A stretch of 64,000 nucleotides of DNA from an uncultured Planctomycetales bacterium (GCA_964572155.1 CAZNDZ010000003.1:266224-330223), one strand, 5' to 3'. Positions 27,736 through 38,197 are shown, counted from the stretch's first letter. Numbers and translations are program-made. The notes: generated by a model from the letters alone, not told the origin.

Positions 27736-28981
27736 GGAATCCCTCTTTCTTTGCAGCGGCGCGGGCTTTATCTTTTTTGCTCATGCGCTTGCCTTTAATA
27801 GGTGCGCCGCCAGCCATAGCTGGTAATGGGGCACCGGTTAATTCAAAACCTTTGATCGATGTGCGGGGCAATCTCAGACGTACCCTTTTTTCTATCAAGG
27901 AAAAATGGGCCTGATCTTCATGCCCAATCAATGTGACTGCTGTACCTGTTTGTCCTGCGCGCGCCGTGCGACCAATGCGGTGAATATAATCTTCTGGAGA
28001 ACGTGGCAAATCATAGTTGACCACGACGGGCAAATTGTGAATATCAATCCCCCGTGCGGCTAGGTCTGTTGCAACCAAAACCTTAAACTTCTTGGCTTTA
28101 AAATCACCTAAGATAGCGGTGCGCTGGGCTTGGGTTAAGCCACCATGAAAAGCATTGGCCTCAATATTGGCTTTCAATAATTTAGCGGCCAAAATATCGG
28201 CATCACGCACACTGGCTACAAACACTAAAACTTGCGCCCATTGTTGCGTTTGAATCAAATGACGCAATAACGGCCCGCGATTATTCCGATTAACTTCTAT
28301 CACTTGCTGATCAACATGCTCAACGGTCTGTGTGTCTGCTTCCACTTTTAAAGATACAGCATTAGGCATAAATACGGATGCTAAATCTTTAAGATTTCCA
28401 TCAACCGTTGCTGAAAACAATAAATTTTGTCGTTTCGCTGGCAACAAATTAAGCACAGCTTGTAATTCTTTGGCAAAACCCAGATCAAACATCTTGTCTG
28501 CTTCGTCGATGACCAGAAATTTTAAATTTGTAAAGTCCACCTTCTGCTTGATGACCACATCTAATAATCGCCCAGGGGTGGCCACGACAATGTCTGTACC
28601 ATGGATTAAAGTGCGCATTTGCACGTCAATATTAAGCCCCCCAACTAATAATACTCGACGCAACGGCTTGGTCAAATTGCGACCATAAATCTTTATCTGC
28701 CCATTGACCTGCACCGCAATTTCACGTGTTGGGGCCAAGATCAAGGCTTTGATGGTTTGGCGTTCTTCTTTGGGACCATCTTGCAGTAATTGTAAAATAG
28801 GTAAGGTGAAACTTGCGGTCTTGCCCGTCCCCGTCTTTGCTTGGGCAATGATGTCATTGCCTTTTAGGATCAACGGGATGGATTGAATTTGTATCGGGGT
28901 TGGTTGGTCATAACCAGCATTGCGAACCGCTTCGATAAGATCTTTGGAAAGGCCAAGTGAGGCAAAAGACGCATCGGACAT
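27728..28981 (-). CDS. rhlE: DEAD-box ATP-dependent RNA helicase (RhlE-like) with basic C-terminal tail
   Basis: 417 aa. AKTGTGKT, DEAD, SAT, HRIGRTARAG. Lys/Arg-rich tail. Confidence 0.85.
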   Translation of the reverse strand: MSDASFASLGLSKDLIEAVRNAGYDQPTPIQIQSIPLILKGNDIIAQAKTGTGKTASFTLPILQLLQDGPKEERQTIKALILAPTREIAVQVNGQIKIYGRNLTKPLRRVLLVGGLNIDVQMRTLIHGTDIVVATPGRLLDVVIKQKVDFTNLKFLVIDEADKMFDLGFAKELQAVLNLLPAKRQNLLFSATVDGNLKDLASVFMPNAVSLKVEADTQTVEHVDQQVIEVNRNNRGPLLRHLIQTQQWAQVLVFVASVRDADILAAKLLKANIEANAFHGGLTQAQRTAILGDFKAKKFKVLVATDLAARGIDIHNLPVVVNYDLPRSPEDYIHRIGRTARAGQTGTAVTLIGHEDQAHFSLIEKRVRLRLPRTSIKGFELTGAPLPAMAGGAPIKGKRMSKKDKARAAAKKEGFRG

Positions 28982-28992
28982 GATAATTAAAT

Positions 28993-29274
28993 TTACCCGT
29001 GTGTCGTGCGCGTCATTTTATAAAAATACACATGACGAGAACTATCTTTCTTTGATGTGCCGCCTTTACAGCCCTTCTTTAAAAATAAGGCCATCATTTC
29101 TCTAGCATCAATTTCAGAACCAGCATCTTTAAACGTCCAAATGCCGCTTTTTTCATCGACATTATGACCTTCAAACAAACGTTTGCGTGGGTTTAAATCG
29201 ATGCCCACATACCATTCACGGTATCCGCCGCCACTTTTTTGAATCAAGCTATCTACTTCGTGTTCTATGCTCAT
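28993..29274 (-). CDS. small GIY-YIG-superfamily (UPF0213/YhbQ-YazA-like) protein, possibly degenerate
   Basis: 93 aa. EHxVxxLIxKxGG...WYVGI...RKRL..H aligns to the YazA/YhbQ pattern EHHYVYIL.KDGS.WYTGYT.D..RR...H. The first catalytic Tyr of GIY appears replaced (VDS). Confidence 0.4.
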   Translation of the reverse strand: MSIEHEVDSLIQKSGGGYREWYVGIDLNPRKRLFEGHNVDEKSGIWTFKDAGSEIDAREMMALFLKKGCKGGTSKKDSSRHVYFYKMTRTTHG

Positions 29275-29579
29275 ATGCTTTGCTCCTGTATTTTATGCCC
29301 TTCGGGCGAGACTCCGTTTAGAATAAATTCTCGCTCTTCTGCTGTAGAACTTGAAAAAGCATCCACTAAACTTTTAAAACCTTGCATGTAAATAAAGAAT
29401 CCCTCGACGGGAACAAAGATTTCAAAATTCTTCCCTGTCACTTCACATGGACCAAAAATTCTAATCCGTTTATTCTTTGATTCAAAATAGCGTTTGAAAC
29501 GTAATGGAGCCAATAAGTAACTTCTTTTAGGCATTTCTTGAATCATTAGAAACACATCCTCTCGTGTGAAGTCAGTCAT
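29271..29579 (-). CDS. hypothetical protein co-transcribed with GIY-YIG-like gene
   Basis: 102 aa. No recognisable motif. Stop/start overlap ATGA with the downstream GIY-YIG-like gene. Confidence 0.35.
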   Translation of the reverse strand: MTDFTREDVFLMIQEMPKRSYLLAPLRFKRYFESKNKRIRIFGPCEVTGKNFEIFVPVEGFFIYMQGFKSLVDAFSSSTAEEREFILNGVSPEGHKIQEQSI

Positions 29580-29653
29580 TATACCCTATAAAGGCAAAAA
29601 CCCCTCGAACTATTTAGTTGGAGGGGTAAATGACAGAATGTGCAAAAAAGCAG

Positions 29654-30028
29654 TTAAGATTTTTTCTCTTGTTCATTGAAAATCTTGAGCCACTTTTCTT
29701 CTGCAAAAATCGATGCAAAAATTTGTACGGCGATAAGTGCGTATATGGCTGAACACGTAAAACCGATCCACATTTTGGCTGTTATGGTCAAAGGAGCATA
29801 TAAAAAGAACGTTGCATGAAAGAGCACCAAACTCGCAAAGACAAAAACCATGCATATCCCCATCCCAAAGGTTGTCAGGAACAACATGCGTGTGGTTTTA
29901 ACCATTCGCAAATATAACAACTGCATTTTTAACTGTGTCATATCCTTGAATGCGGCTTGATTGACGGTAAGTTTTTGTGCCGCACGCGTTAGAAAGAAGA
30001 ACAACAAAGCCATGATATTTCTTTTCAT
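29654..30028 (-). CDS. YqjE-like inner-membrane protein (phage-holin-3_6/DUF1469-like)
   Basis: 124 aa with two TM helices. Positioned downstream of a DUF883 gene, as in E. coli yqjD-yqjE. Confidence 0.4.
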   Translation of the reverse strand: MKRNIMALLFFFLTRAAQKLTVNQAAFKDMTQLKMQLLYLRMVKTTRMLFLTTFGMGICMVFVFASLVLFHATFFLYAPLTITAKMWIGFTCSAIYALIAVQIFASIFAEEKWLKIFNEQEKKS

Positions 30029-30092
30029 AATATTTTCCTTAAACTTTCAAATACATCCTCCCTAAGACATCGCAGCCTTAGGGAGGTAAAAC

Positions 30093-30329
30093 TTAATTCT
30101 TAGATTTACCTAAGATTAAACCTAACAAAAGACCACCGACAGCAACACCAGCGACCAATGGCCACGGATTTTCGCGTGTTTTCTTGTCCATATCGGTTGC
30201 CCATCGTGTTACTTGCTCTTGGCCTTGCTTCATTTTGTCTTCGGCTTGAGACAATGCATCTTTGATCCGATCCTCGCCTTGATTAAAAGCGGATTGGGTA
30301 TAATTTTTATTCTTGTCTTGATCGTTCAT
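30093..30329 (-). CDS. DUF883 family ribosome/membrane-associated stress protein (ElaB/YqjD-like)
   Basis: 78 aa. Charged helical N-terminal region and C-terminal TM anchor WPLVAGVAVGGLLLGLILG typical of ElaB/YqjD/YgaM. Confidence 0.7.
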   Translation of the reverse strand: MNDQDKNKNYTQSAFNQGEDRIKDALSQAEDKMKQGQEQVTRWATDMDKKTRENPWPLVAGVAVGGLLLGLILGKSKN

Positions 30330-30541
30330 AGTGATCTCCCTGTTGAATTTGCGTTAACGTCTGCTTTTGCCATATGTTCTGGCTCTGCTTTAGTTTTATC
30401 TGGATTATTGCCGCTTTGTTTATTCTTTGATTCTTCTTTCAAGCCATACTGAGGGGCTTGCCAAGGTTTATCTTCAAACGAAGGCTTGTTGGACTGAATT
30501 GGTTTATTCTCTTGCTTCTTGATTATTGTTGGTTCTTCCAT
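30326..30541 (-). CDS. hypothetical small Lys/Glu-rich protein, first gene of ElaB module
   Basis: 71 aa. SD AAAGGAG upstream. 4-nt overlap with the DUF883 gene. Confidence 0.35.
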   Translation of the reverse strand: MEEPTIIKKQENKPIQSNKPSFEDKPWQAPQYGLKEESKNKQSGNNPDKTKAEPEHMAKADVNANSTGRSL

Positions 30542-30625
30542 GATGTTTCTCCTTTTTGAAACTGTTAATAAAATCTTGGATATAAACCCTAGATAAGAGA
30601 ACTATAAGGCGTGTCACATCATGAG

Positions 30626-30651
30626 GCAATTGTACTGAGGTATACGTCGAG
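30626..30651 (-). promoter_or_regulatory. conserved intergenic motif copy 3 (coding-strand GTATACCTCAGTACAATTG)
   Basis: About 85 nt upstream of the first gene of the ElaB/YqjE module and 8 nt after the U32 peptidase stop. Confidence 0.45.
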
Positions 30652-30658
30652 GATGGTC

Positions 30659-31978
30659 TTACTTAGGATTTGCGAAGACAACTTTATCAGGTTCAAAATC
30701 ATGAACCGCTTCACGGATCACGGCAAATGGGCCAATGTCTTGTGGATATGGGATCCAACAGGAATTAACACCGCCATGCACTTCTTGGATGCTTTCACCT
30801 TTATCAGTAAATAGTGCGTCGATCACAATGGGGATGTTACGATCCGGCAAACAAATTTCATATGATTGTCCTACCTTAATCGGATTACGCACTTCAACAT
30901 TAAGCTGTTTCTTTGTTTCATCATAACGTTTGATCAATGCACTATAACGATAGGCGGTATAATTGGAATTGCTATTTAAATACTCTTGGCCTTGTGCGCC
31001 TGGGTTACCATATAAAAACCCTTCGATGAAACCACGATTCGCTGTCGCAAAAATATCGCGCATATGTTCGGGATTAAATGGCTTACCTGCAACTGCATCA
31101 TCAATGGCCCGTCGATACGCACGGGTAATCATAGCAACATAATAAATCGACTTAGAACGTCCTTCGACTTTAAACGAACATACCCCTGCATCTGCCAATT
31201 CTTTAAGCGAATGAATGGCACAAAGATCTTTAGAATTCATCAGATAACTACCATTCTCATCCTCGTCTAATTCAAATAATTCATTGGGACGTTCTGATTC
31301 TTTGACGTAATATTGATCCTTGAGCGGCACATAGGTGTCGTCCTGTTTATCGTCGGTCTTATAAACTTTATATTCCCAACGACAAGAATTGGTGCAAGCC
31401 CCTTGGTTCCCGTCGCGATTGCTTAAATAATTTGAAATCAAACAGCGACCAGAATAGGCCATGCAAATCGCGCCATGCACAAAGGATTCTAGTTCCATGT
31501 CAGGGCAAGCATCTTTAATTTCTCGCATTTCTTTAATACTAATCTCACGAGAAACAATGATACGCTTAGCACCTAGCTTTTGCCAAAATTTCACCGACGC
31601 ATAATTGATGGTGTTTGACTGAACGGATATATGTACGATTTGTTCAGGAAAATTCTCCATCATGATCATGATAAGCCCTGGGTCAGACATGATCCACCCG
31701 TCAGGTTGGCATTCATCTAATAATTCTTTGATATATTTTGGAAACGACGGCAACTTACTGTTGTGAGGAAATATATTGGCCGTGACATAGACTTTTTTGC
31801 CTAACTTATGCGCATAATCAATGGCCGCGGACACGTCATGCAAACTCTTAAACCCATTCTCACGCGCGCGTAATGAAAACCTTGGTATGCCTAAATAGAC
31901 AGCATCAGCCCCAAAGGCAAAAGCAAACTTCATTTTGTCCATATCACCGGCGGGCATTAATAATTCGGGCTTGCTCAT
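30659..31978 (-). CDS. peptidase U32-family protein (TrhP/YegQ-like Fe-S hydroxylase candidate)
   Basis: 439 aa. U32 catalytic core with conserved Cys cluster (HGAICMAYSGRC...C..SC). Its size matches the TrhP/YegQ subgroup. Confidence 0.8.
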   Translation of the reverse strand: MSKPELLMPAGDMDKMKFAFAFGADAVYLGIPRFSLRARENGFKSLHDVSAAIDYAHKLGKKVYVTANIFPHNSKLPSFPKYIKELLDECQPDGWIMSDPGLIMIMMENFPEQIVHISVQSNTINYASVKFWQKLGAKRIIVSREISIKEMREIKDACPDMELESFVHGAICMAYSGRCLISNYLSNRDGNQGACTNSCRWEYKVYKTDDKQDDTYVPLKDQYYVKESERPNELFELDEDENGSYLMNSKDLCAIHSLKELADAGVCSFKVEGRSKSIYYVAMITRAYRRAIDDAVAGKPFNPEHMRDIFATANRGFIEGFLYGNPGAQGQEYLNSNSNYTAYRYSALIKRYDETKKQLNVEVRNPIKVGQSYEICLPDRNIPIVIDALFTDKGESIQEVHGGVNSCWIPYPQDIGPFAVIREAVHDFEPDKVVFANPK

Positions 31979-31984
31979 ATGTTT

Positions 31985-33523
31985 TTACCAATCGACTGGA
32001 AAATAATCTTTAAGAAACTTTCCCGACCAATGAATTCCTGTGTTTATACCATGAAAAAATGGGTCGCACACCCGTGCGGCGCCATCAACAATATCTAAGG
32101 GCGGCTGAAAATCATGCATGGCTTGCTTGCGCAATGATAAATTGATCGGATCTTCATCCGTCACCCACCCAGTATCAACCGCATTCATGAATATACCATA
32201 CTTTGCCAAATCACTGGCAGATGTGTGTGTTAGCATGTTCAGCGCAGCCTTGGCCATATTTGTATGGGGATGTCGGTCGGTCTTGGTATAGCGATGAAAC
32301 TTCCCTTCCATCGCCGAGACATTGACAATGTGCTTACACCCGGTATTCTCCCGCTTCATCATCGTCGATAAACGATTGCACAAAACAAACGGGGCGACCG
32401 CATTGACCAATTGCAACTCAATCATTTCAGCTGTTTGAATTTCACCTAAACGCAGGCGCCAGCTATTGTTCTCCCGCAAATCCACTTGTTGTAAATCTGC
32501 ATCCAACTGTCCTTTGGGAAAAACTTTTTCTGCAGGGATATTTTGATCATGCGTGTAAGGAATTTGAGATAATTTTGCCGATGCTGTAAGCCCAATGCCT
32601 GTCATGGTCCCGTTCCACCCCAAAGTTGGCACAAGCCCATTGCTTTGAGATGTCATGCGATCAAGCTTGGCTTTAACGGCGGCAAACGGACGCAGCAATT
32701 GCTTTACATCGTCGGACAAGATTTCAAAATCGGTCAATTCATTGGCCATCAAATGGCTATAAAACCCTGGAGGTCGACGCACGGTTTGCGCGGCATTGTT
32801 GATCAATAAATCTAAACGCGGATAATTGGCTTCAACATAATCACAAAAGAGTTCAACGCTTGGGGTATGTCGCAGATCCAAACCATAAATATGCAGGCGG
32901 TCCTTCCACAAATGAAAATCTTCTTCACGTGCATACCGCAAGGCAGAATCGACGGGAAAACGCGTTGTGGCAATAACCAAAGCCCCAGCACGCAACATCT
33001 GTAAAGATGCTTGATAACCAATTTTCAAACGTGACCCTGTGATCAAGGCAATTTGGCCATTGAGCGGCGCTGTTTGAAAACGCTTGGCATAATTTAATTC
33101 CGCACACTTAGGGCACATCGAATCATAAAAGAAATGCACCTTGGTGTATTCGGCTTTGCAAACATAACACGCTTGCGGCCTAATTAATTCACGGAACTTT
33201 TCTGATTCAGGACGATTATCGGTAATTTGCAATGGGGCACTAAAGACCGCCGCTTGACGGGCGCTACGAATCCCTGTAGCCGCACGTATCTTACGCTCAT
33301 GTTCTGAGCGACGCTGACGCCATAATTGCTCACGATCCTTTTTACGCTTGCGTACTTCTTCACGGTCTGGTCGAGACAGGAGCCCTGCCGCTTTGATCAA
33401 CGCAATGCGTTGCTCAACCGGCAAGAGGGCTAATTCTTCACTATTAGCCACAATACCCTCAAGCACCGAAAGGCAATGCGTAATTTCTTCGATTGTATAT
33501 TTAGCTTGTAATTTTTTATCCAT
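31985..33523 (-). CDS. atypical short-chain dehydrogenase/reductase with N-terminal basic region and CxxC...CxxC zinc ribbon
   Basis: 512 aa. Residues about 60-95 are highly basic ([19 protein letters not shown]). C-YVC-K...C-PKC zinc ribbon. Then TGSRLKIG Rossmann motif, NNAA and AKAAL blocks. The Tyr of YxxxK is apparently not conserved. Confidence 0.6.
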   Translation of the reverse strand: MDKKLQAKYTIEEITHCLSVLEGIVANSEELALLPVEQRIALIKAAGLLSRPDREEVRKRKKDREQLWRQRRSEHERKIRAATGIRSARQAAVFSAPLQITDNRPESEKFRELIRPQACYVCKAEYTKVHFFYDSMCPKCAELNYAKRFQTAPLNGQIALITGSRLKIGYQASLQMLRAGALVIATTRFPVDSALRYAREEDFHLWKDRLHIYGLDLRHTPSVELFCDYVEANYPRLDLLINNAAQTVRRPPGFYSHLMANELTDFEILSDDVKQLLRPFAAVKAKLDRMTSQSNGLVPTLGWNGTMTGIGLTASAKLSQIPYTHDQNIPAEKVFPKGQLDADLQQVDLRENNSWRLRLGEIQTAEMIELQLVNAVAPFVLCNRLSTMMKRENTGCKHIVNVSAMEGKFHRYTKTDRHPHTNMAKAALNMLTHTSASDLAKYGIFMNAVDTGWVTDEDPINLSLRKQAMHDFQPPLDIVDGAARVCDPFFHGINTGIHWSGKFLKDYFPVDW

Positions 33524-33596
33524 TTATGTCCCTTATTGCCGAGACATTATATCTAAAAAGCCAAAAATGACTAATGGATTTAATTACAGCGTAAAA

Positions 33597-33797
33597 CTAC
33601 GTATTTGGATCACCTTCATTAATTAACCTAGAAATATCTGCTGCTTCATCCTTAGTTATAGGAGCTATCTTGGTTACACTCTTTGATTCAACGATTGCTT
33701 TGCGAATAGAGTAAGACTTTTGCTTATAATGAAACGGTGCAGACGCGCTGCCTTTTGCTTTAATTTGGTCAGCAATGCTTTTGAGATGATGTGACAT
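33597..33797 (-). CDS. hypothetical small protein
   Basis: 66-aa ORF with no motif recognised. Weak support. Confidence 0.25.
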   Translation of the reverse strand: MSHHLKSIADQIKAKGSASAPFHYKQKSYSIRKAIVESKSVTKIAPITKDEAADISRLINEGDPNT

Positions 33798-33880
33798 AGT
33801 TTTTCTTCTCCTTTAATACAAACGATCTGTTAACGTTTATATTAAAATCACCGGAAAGAAAAATCTATGCTACTAAGGTA

Positions 33881-34252
33881 TTACTCGACGGATTCGACTG
33901 TTTGCAAATCACCCAATGGATTTCGTTTCTGATCCATGCGTTTTTGCTTATATTTATGGGAAAGGTCTAATCCCAGCTTGAAGACTTTTAAGATAGTTGT
34001 CTTTAAAGAATCTTTGGTTGCCATGCATTTTTCCTCAATGACGATGTCATCGAAATGAGCAATTTTTAGATCTAACGTGACACTGGCCATATCAGACTTT
34101 TGATGATGTTTGCTTAATTTCTCGAGGGTCACATGACACTTTGTTAATTCTGGATTCATCGTCAGGACTTTTTCAAATTTCTCTTTAATAAGTGCATCAA
34201 TCTCTGAACTGTTATCTAAATCATGGTAGGTAATTTGAAGTGGATTTTGCAT
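33881..34252 (-). CDS. hpf: ribosome hibernation promoting factor / RaiA-YfiA family (short form)
   Basis: 123 aa. N-terminal (I)xxxHxDL..S.AI...I..K..KL and C-terminal charged tail characteristic of the sigma-54-modulation/HPF family. Sigma70-like -10 TATAAT upstream. Confidence 0.55.
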   Translation of the reverse strand: MQNPLQITYHDLDNSSEIDALIKEKFEKVLTMNPELTKCHVTLEKLSKHHQKSDMASVTLDLKIAHFDDIVIEEKCMATKDSLKTTILKVFKLGLDLSHKYKQKRMDQKRNPLGDLQTVESVE

Positions 34253-34304
34253 AACGCCTCTTTCTTATAAGGTGTGTTTATACAAAGATATTATAGCACA
34301 AAAT

Positions 34305-34745
34305 TTAGTCAACCGACTGAAGAAATCCTGGTTGGCGATCTATGTCTGCTGGAAGATATTCTCTTAGCTTGTTACGAATGAGCATATTAAGCGGTGTATC
34401 CGCTGCCGCTTTATGCCTGGTGCCAACAAATTGTAGATATGCCATGTTCAAATTAATCATGCTATAAAGCCATGCACGCTTCTGCTGACCTTGCACCTCT
34501 TGCTCTTTGATCATATGTGCATAGGTTTTAGCCATGGCTTCTTTGATCACCAAATACGTTTGAGGGTGCGCTGATTTCTCAAGATCTTTGACCATTGTCG
34601 ACAATGATTTATGTTCCACATCAACTAACGCATCTTGAACAACCTTAACACGTTCAATCTCAATCGTCGATAATGTGCCCGCCATGGCCATAGACAATTG
34701 TCCAAAAACCATGCTAAAAATACATATAATAACTGTTACTCTCAT
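34305..34745 (-). CDS. hypothetical secreted protein
   Basis: 146 aa with signal peptide. Immediately upstream of and co-directional with the hybrid histidine kinase (3-nt gap). Confidence 0.4.
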   Translation of the reverse strand: MRVTVIICIFSMVFGQLSMAMAGTLSTIEIERVKVVQDALVDVEHKSLSTMVKDLEKSAHPQTYLVIKEAMAKTYAHMIKEQEVQGQQKRAWLYSMINLNMAYLQFVGTRHKAAADTPLNMLIRNKLREYLPADIDRQPGFLQSVD

Positions 34746-34747
34746 GC

Positions 34748-37027
34748 CTACACTTTCACAGAATACTGCTTAATTTTCTCTTTTAACTTTTTGATATCAA
34801 TGGGCTTTGGTAAATAATCATTCATGCCCGCATCAAAACACTTCTTCTGATCTTCTGCCATGACGTTCGCCGTAAGCGCAATGATAGGTATATCTTTATT
34901 AATATCAGCACGTATGATCTTCGTTGCTTCAATGCCACCCATCACGGGCATTTGCACATCCATCAGGCATAAATCATAAACATTACTCTTAACTTTATCA
35001 ATGGCCTCTTGGCCATTGCTGGCATAATCACCAACGCAACCCATAATATTAAAGAAAGCTTTCATCAAATCTTGATTTGCTTTCACATCTTCAACCAAAA
35101 GCACTTTAACACCTTTAACACTAAATTCTTCTGCCATGTGCCGATTAACAATTGGCCCCTGAGTGCGCTGATCCCCAAACACCGTCGCGATGACTTTCGC
35201 TAATTCATCCCTAGTGATTGGCTTTGGCAAGAAACCATTAAACCCGCTTTGCTTCAATTTGTCCATGATCCCCATACGAATATCCGACGAAACAGCTACT
35301 ATCTTTATGGCGTCATACTGTTGATTCTTGCGAATAAGTTGCGCTAAATCATAACCATCCATTTGTGGCATCATGATGTCAGACAGAATAACCTCTGGCA
35401 TTTGTCCACCTTCAGCAAGCTTCTTAAGTGTTTGTAATGCTTCTTGAGGGTTTGATAAAACAGCGACCACGTTCATTTCCAAAGCTTTGCAATATCGTTT
35501 TAAGAGCTCATTGGCATGGGCATTATCGTCAATGATCATCACGCGTTTTTGCTTTAAAGCACTTAAACTTAACGGATTAATTTGTTGCTCTTCTAATGCT
35601 TGCCCTTTCTTAAACTTCAGATTAAAAACAAAGTCACTGCCCTTGCCTTCCACTGAATCAACCCACATATTGCCACCCATCAACCCAACTAAATTCTTAC
35701 TAATCGTCAACCCCAAGCCCGTACCCCCAAACTTTCGTGTCGTTGAATCATCTGCTTGACTAAACGCTTGAAATAATTTGGTAATCCCTTCTGGTGATAT
35801 ACCAATCCCTGTGTCACGCACAATAAAATGAAGCATGGGCTCTTCTGGGGTACTCTTTTCAATGTCTTGACGGATGATGATGCCAATCTCACCTTGCTCT
35901 GTGAATTTAATGGCATTGCCCAACAAATTGATTAAGATCTGTCGCATGCGGGTTGGATCGCCAATTAGAAATACAGGGATGCGTGGATCAAGATCGATGA
36001 ACGTATGAATTTTCTTATCAACCAACCTTGAGGAAATCATCTTAAAAACATCTGAAACTAAATATTCCAAATTAAAATTCACCGCTTCTAACTTAACTTT
36101 ACCTGCTTCTAACTTAGAGAAATCAAGGATGTCATTGATAATGCTAATTAATAGATCGCCGCTGGACTTAATGGTCTTAATATATTCCTGTTGTTTCTCA
36201 TCAAGTTTTGTCTGAGATAACAAATCTGTAAACCCCAAAATGGCATTCATCGGCGTGCGAATCTCATGGCTCATGTTCGCTAAGAAATTTTCTTTGGCTT
36301 TTGATGCTACCATGACTTCTTGATTAGCTTTCATCAAATCCTCTTGTGTCTTCAACATTGTCATGGCAAGTTTTCGACCATAAACAGCGACGGCAATGAC
36401 GATAAATATAACCGCGATGACGATAAAGTATTCATAATAAACTAAATTCTTCGATAACTGCTCTTGTTGAGCTAAGTGATAACTTTGTATGCGTCGGATC
36501 TGACTATTTAAACTTGCAATCTTTTCATTTAGATTAGCAAACTTACGATCCATGGTTGCCATGCGCTCACCAGCGCTTTCTGGCTTTTGATCTCTAAAAA
36601 ATGTAAAAATCTGATCAGCCTCATCGGTCATGCCCTTCATGGCCAAATTGACTTCATTAAGTTGTGCTAGGATTGGGGCCGCTTCGGTTGGATTAACACT
36701 GGTTCGAATTTCATGTGTTAATTGTTCTAAATTCGCATAAAAATTACTTTTTGCCAGCTCCATGCGCAATAATTCTGCAGATGCATCCTTAGAATCAAAA
36801 ACATCATTACCTGGCGCATTTACTTTCCCAGCAAGCACCGATAATCTGGCAAACTTATCAAGCCTTATCATCCATTCTTGATTAACTTGTACAGAACGCG
36901 TGAAATTCTCAACAATGGCATGGTTTAGATATAGGCTTAAGAGGATGGTGACAACATCAAATGCCGCTAACGCAAAATATACAAGATACCACTGCGGTTT
37001 TTTCTTCATAACTTGACTTTGATTCAT
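34748..37027 (-). CDS. hybrid sensor histidine kinase with periplasmic sensor domain and two C-terminal receiver domains
   Basis: 759 aa. Two TM helices flank an about 160-aa periplasmic domain. HisKA H-box SHEIRTPMN, HATPase_c (DTGIGI, GGTGLGL). Two REC domains. Confidence 0.85.
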   Translation of the reverse strand: MNQSQVMKKKPQWYLVYFALAAFDVVTILLSLYLNHAIVENFTRSVQVNQEWMIRLDKFARLSVLAGKVNAPGNDVFDSKDASAELLRMELAKSNFYANLEQLTHEIRTSVNPTEAAPILAQLNEVNLAMKGMTDEADQIFTFFRDQKPESAGERMATMDRKFANLNEKIASLNSQIRRIQSYHLAQQEQLSKNLVYYEYFIVIAVIFIVIAVAVYGRKLAMTMLKTQEDLMKANQEVMVASKAKENFLANMSHEIRTPMNAILGFTDLLSQTKLDEKQQEYIKTIKSSGDLLISIINDILDFSKLEAGKVKLEAVNFNLEYLVSDVFKMISSRLVDKKIHTFIDLDPRIPVFLIGDPTRMRQILINLLGNAIKFTEQGEIGIIIRQDIEKSTPEEPMLHFIVRDTGIGISPEGITKLFQAFSQADDSTTRKFGGTGLGLTISKNLVGLMGGNMWVDSVEGKGSDFVFNLKFKKGQALEEQQINPLSLSALKQKRVMIIDDNAHANELLKRYCKALEMNVVAVLSNPQEALQTLKKLAEGGQMPEVILSDIMMPQMDGYDLAQLIRKNQQYDAIKIVAVSSDIRMGIMDKLKQSGFNGFLPKPITRDELAKVIATVFGDQRTQGPIVNRHMAEEFSVKGVKVLLVEDVKANQDLMKAFFNIMGCVGDYASNGQEAIDKVKSNVYDLCLMDVQMPVMGGIEATKIIRADINKDIPIIALTANVMAEDQKKCFDAGMNDYLPKPIDIKKLKEKIKQYSVKV

Positions 37028-37081
37028 GGAGAAATTATACAGAATAACAACAAAGAGAAATAAGAAATTTTAGGTTTTTAA

Positions 37082-38197
37082 TTACGATAATTTTAATACT
37101 TCACGTGCAATTTCTAATTCTTCGTTGGTTGGGATGACTAAAACTTTAACTGGGCTTCCCTCAAGGCTGATTTCACGAACACCTTTGCCACTGACATTAT
37201 TACGTTTATCGTCAATGATAATCCCTAAATGTTCCATGCCGCCTAAAACCATCTGACGGATCAATGGCATATTCTCGCCAATGCCTGCGGTAAAGATAAT
37301 CGCGTGACACCGCCCCAAAACAGCCAAATAAGAGCCAATATATTTCTTGATACGGTACGTATAAACTTCAAATGCAATGCGGGCGCCTTCGTCATTTGAA
37401 TCGTGCTTCTTGATAATTTCTCTAAAATCATTTTCCCCACAAAATCCCTTTAAACCACTTTGTTTGTTTAAGATATGATCAATTTCTTTCAAAGTTAACT
37501 TAAGATTTTCTGCCAAATAGAAGGGAATGGCAGGATCAATATCACCACTGCGCGTCCCCATAACCAAACCCTCAAGGGGTGTCATGCCCATCGAAGTGTC
37601 AATGCATTGCCCTTGACTGATTGCAGCCATGCTACAGCCATTGCCCAGATGAACACTAATCAAATTAAGCTCTTGCAACGGCTTGTTTAAAAATTGAGCA
37701 GCTTGCTTAGCGACAAACGCATGTGAAGTGCCATGAAAACCGTAGCGACGAATCTTATGATTCTTATATAAATCCAGCGGTATAGCATACAGGAATGCTC
37801 GTCGAGGGATTGATTGATGAAAAGCAGTGTCAAAAACAGCCACTTGTTTGGCGTTTGGTAGAATATCTTGCGCCACTTCAATGCCTTTTAAATTCGCGGG
37901 ATTGTGTAATGGTGCCAAGGGAGCATTTTCTTTGATCGCCTTAATGACCGACGCATCAATTAACACCGGTGTTTTAAAACGCTCACCGCCATGGACCACC
38001 CGATGACCGACAGCCGCAATATCTTTGACATCTTTCAATAATTCTGCAATATGCGCAAATGCGGCCGCATGATCTTTAAAGCCTTGTGCTTCACCAATGC
38101 GCTCAACCTTACCGCTGGCTATCACAGACTCATTGCTCATTTCAAATAATTCATACTTAATTGATGAGCTACCTGAATTAATGACTAATATTTTCAT
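37082..38197 (-). CDS. ackA: acetate kinase
   Basis: 371 aa. MKILVINSGSSSIKY N-terminus and conserved acetokinase motifs. Confidence 0.9.
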   Translation of the reverse strand: MKILVINSGSSSIKYELFEMSNESVIASGKVERIGEAQGFKDHAAAFAHIAELLKDVKDIAAVGHRVVHGGERFKTPVLIDASVIKAIKENAPLAPLHNPANLKGIEVAQDILPNAKQVAVFDTAFHQSIPRRAFLYAIPLDLYKNHKIRRYGFHGTSHAFVAKQAAQFLNKPLQELNLISVHLGNGCSMAAISQGQCIDTSMGMTPLEGLVMGTRSGDIDPAIPFYLAENLKLTLKEIDHILNKQSGLKGFCGENDFREIIKKHDSNDEGARIAFEVYTYRIKKYIGSYLAVLGRCHAIIFTAGIGENMPLIRQMVLGGMEHLGIIIDDKRNNVSGKGVREISLEGSPVKVLVIPTNEELEIAREVLKLS

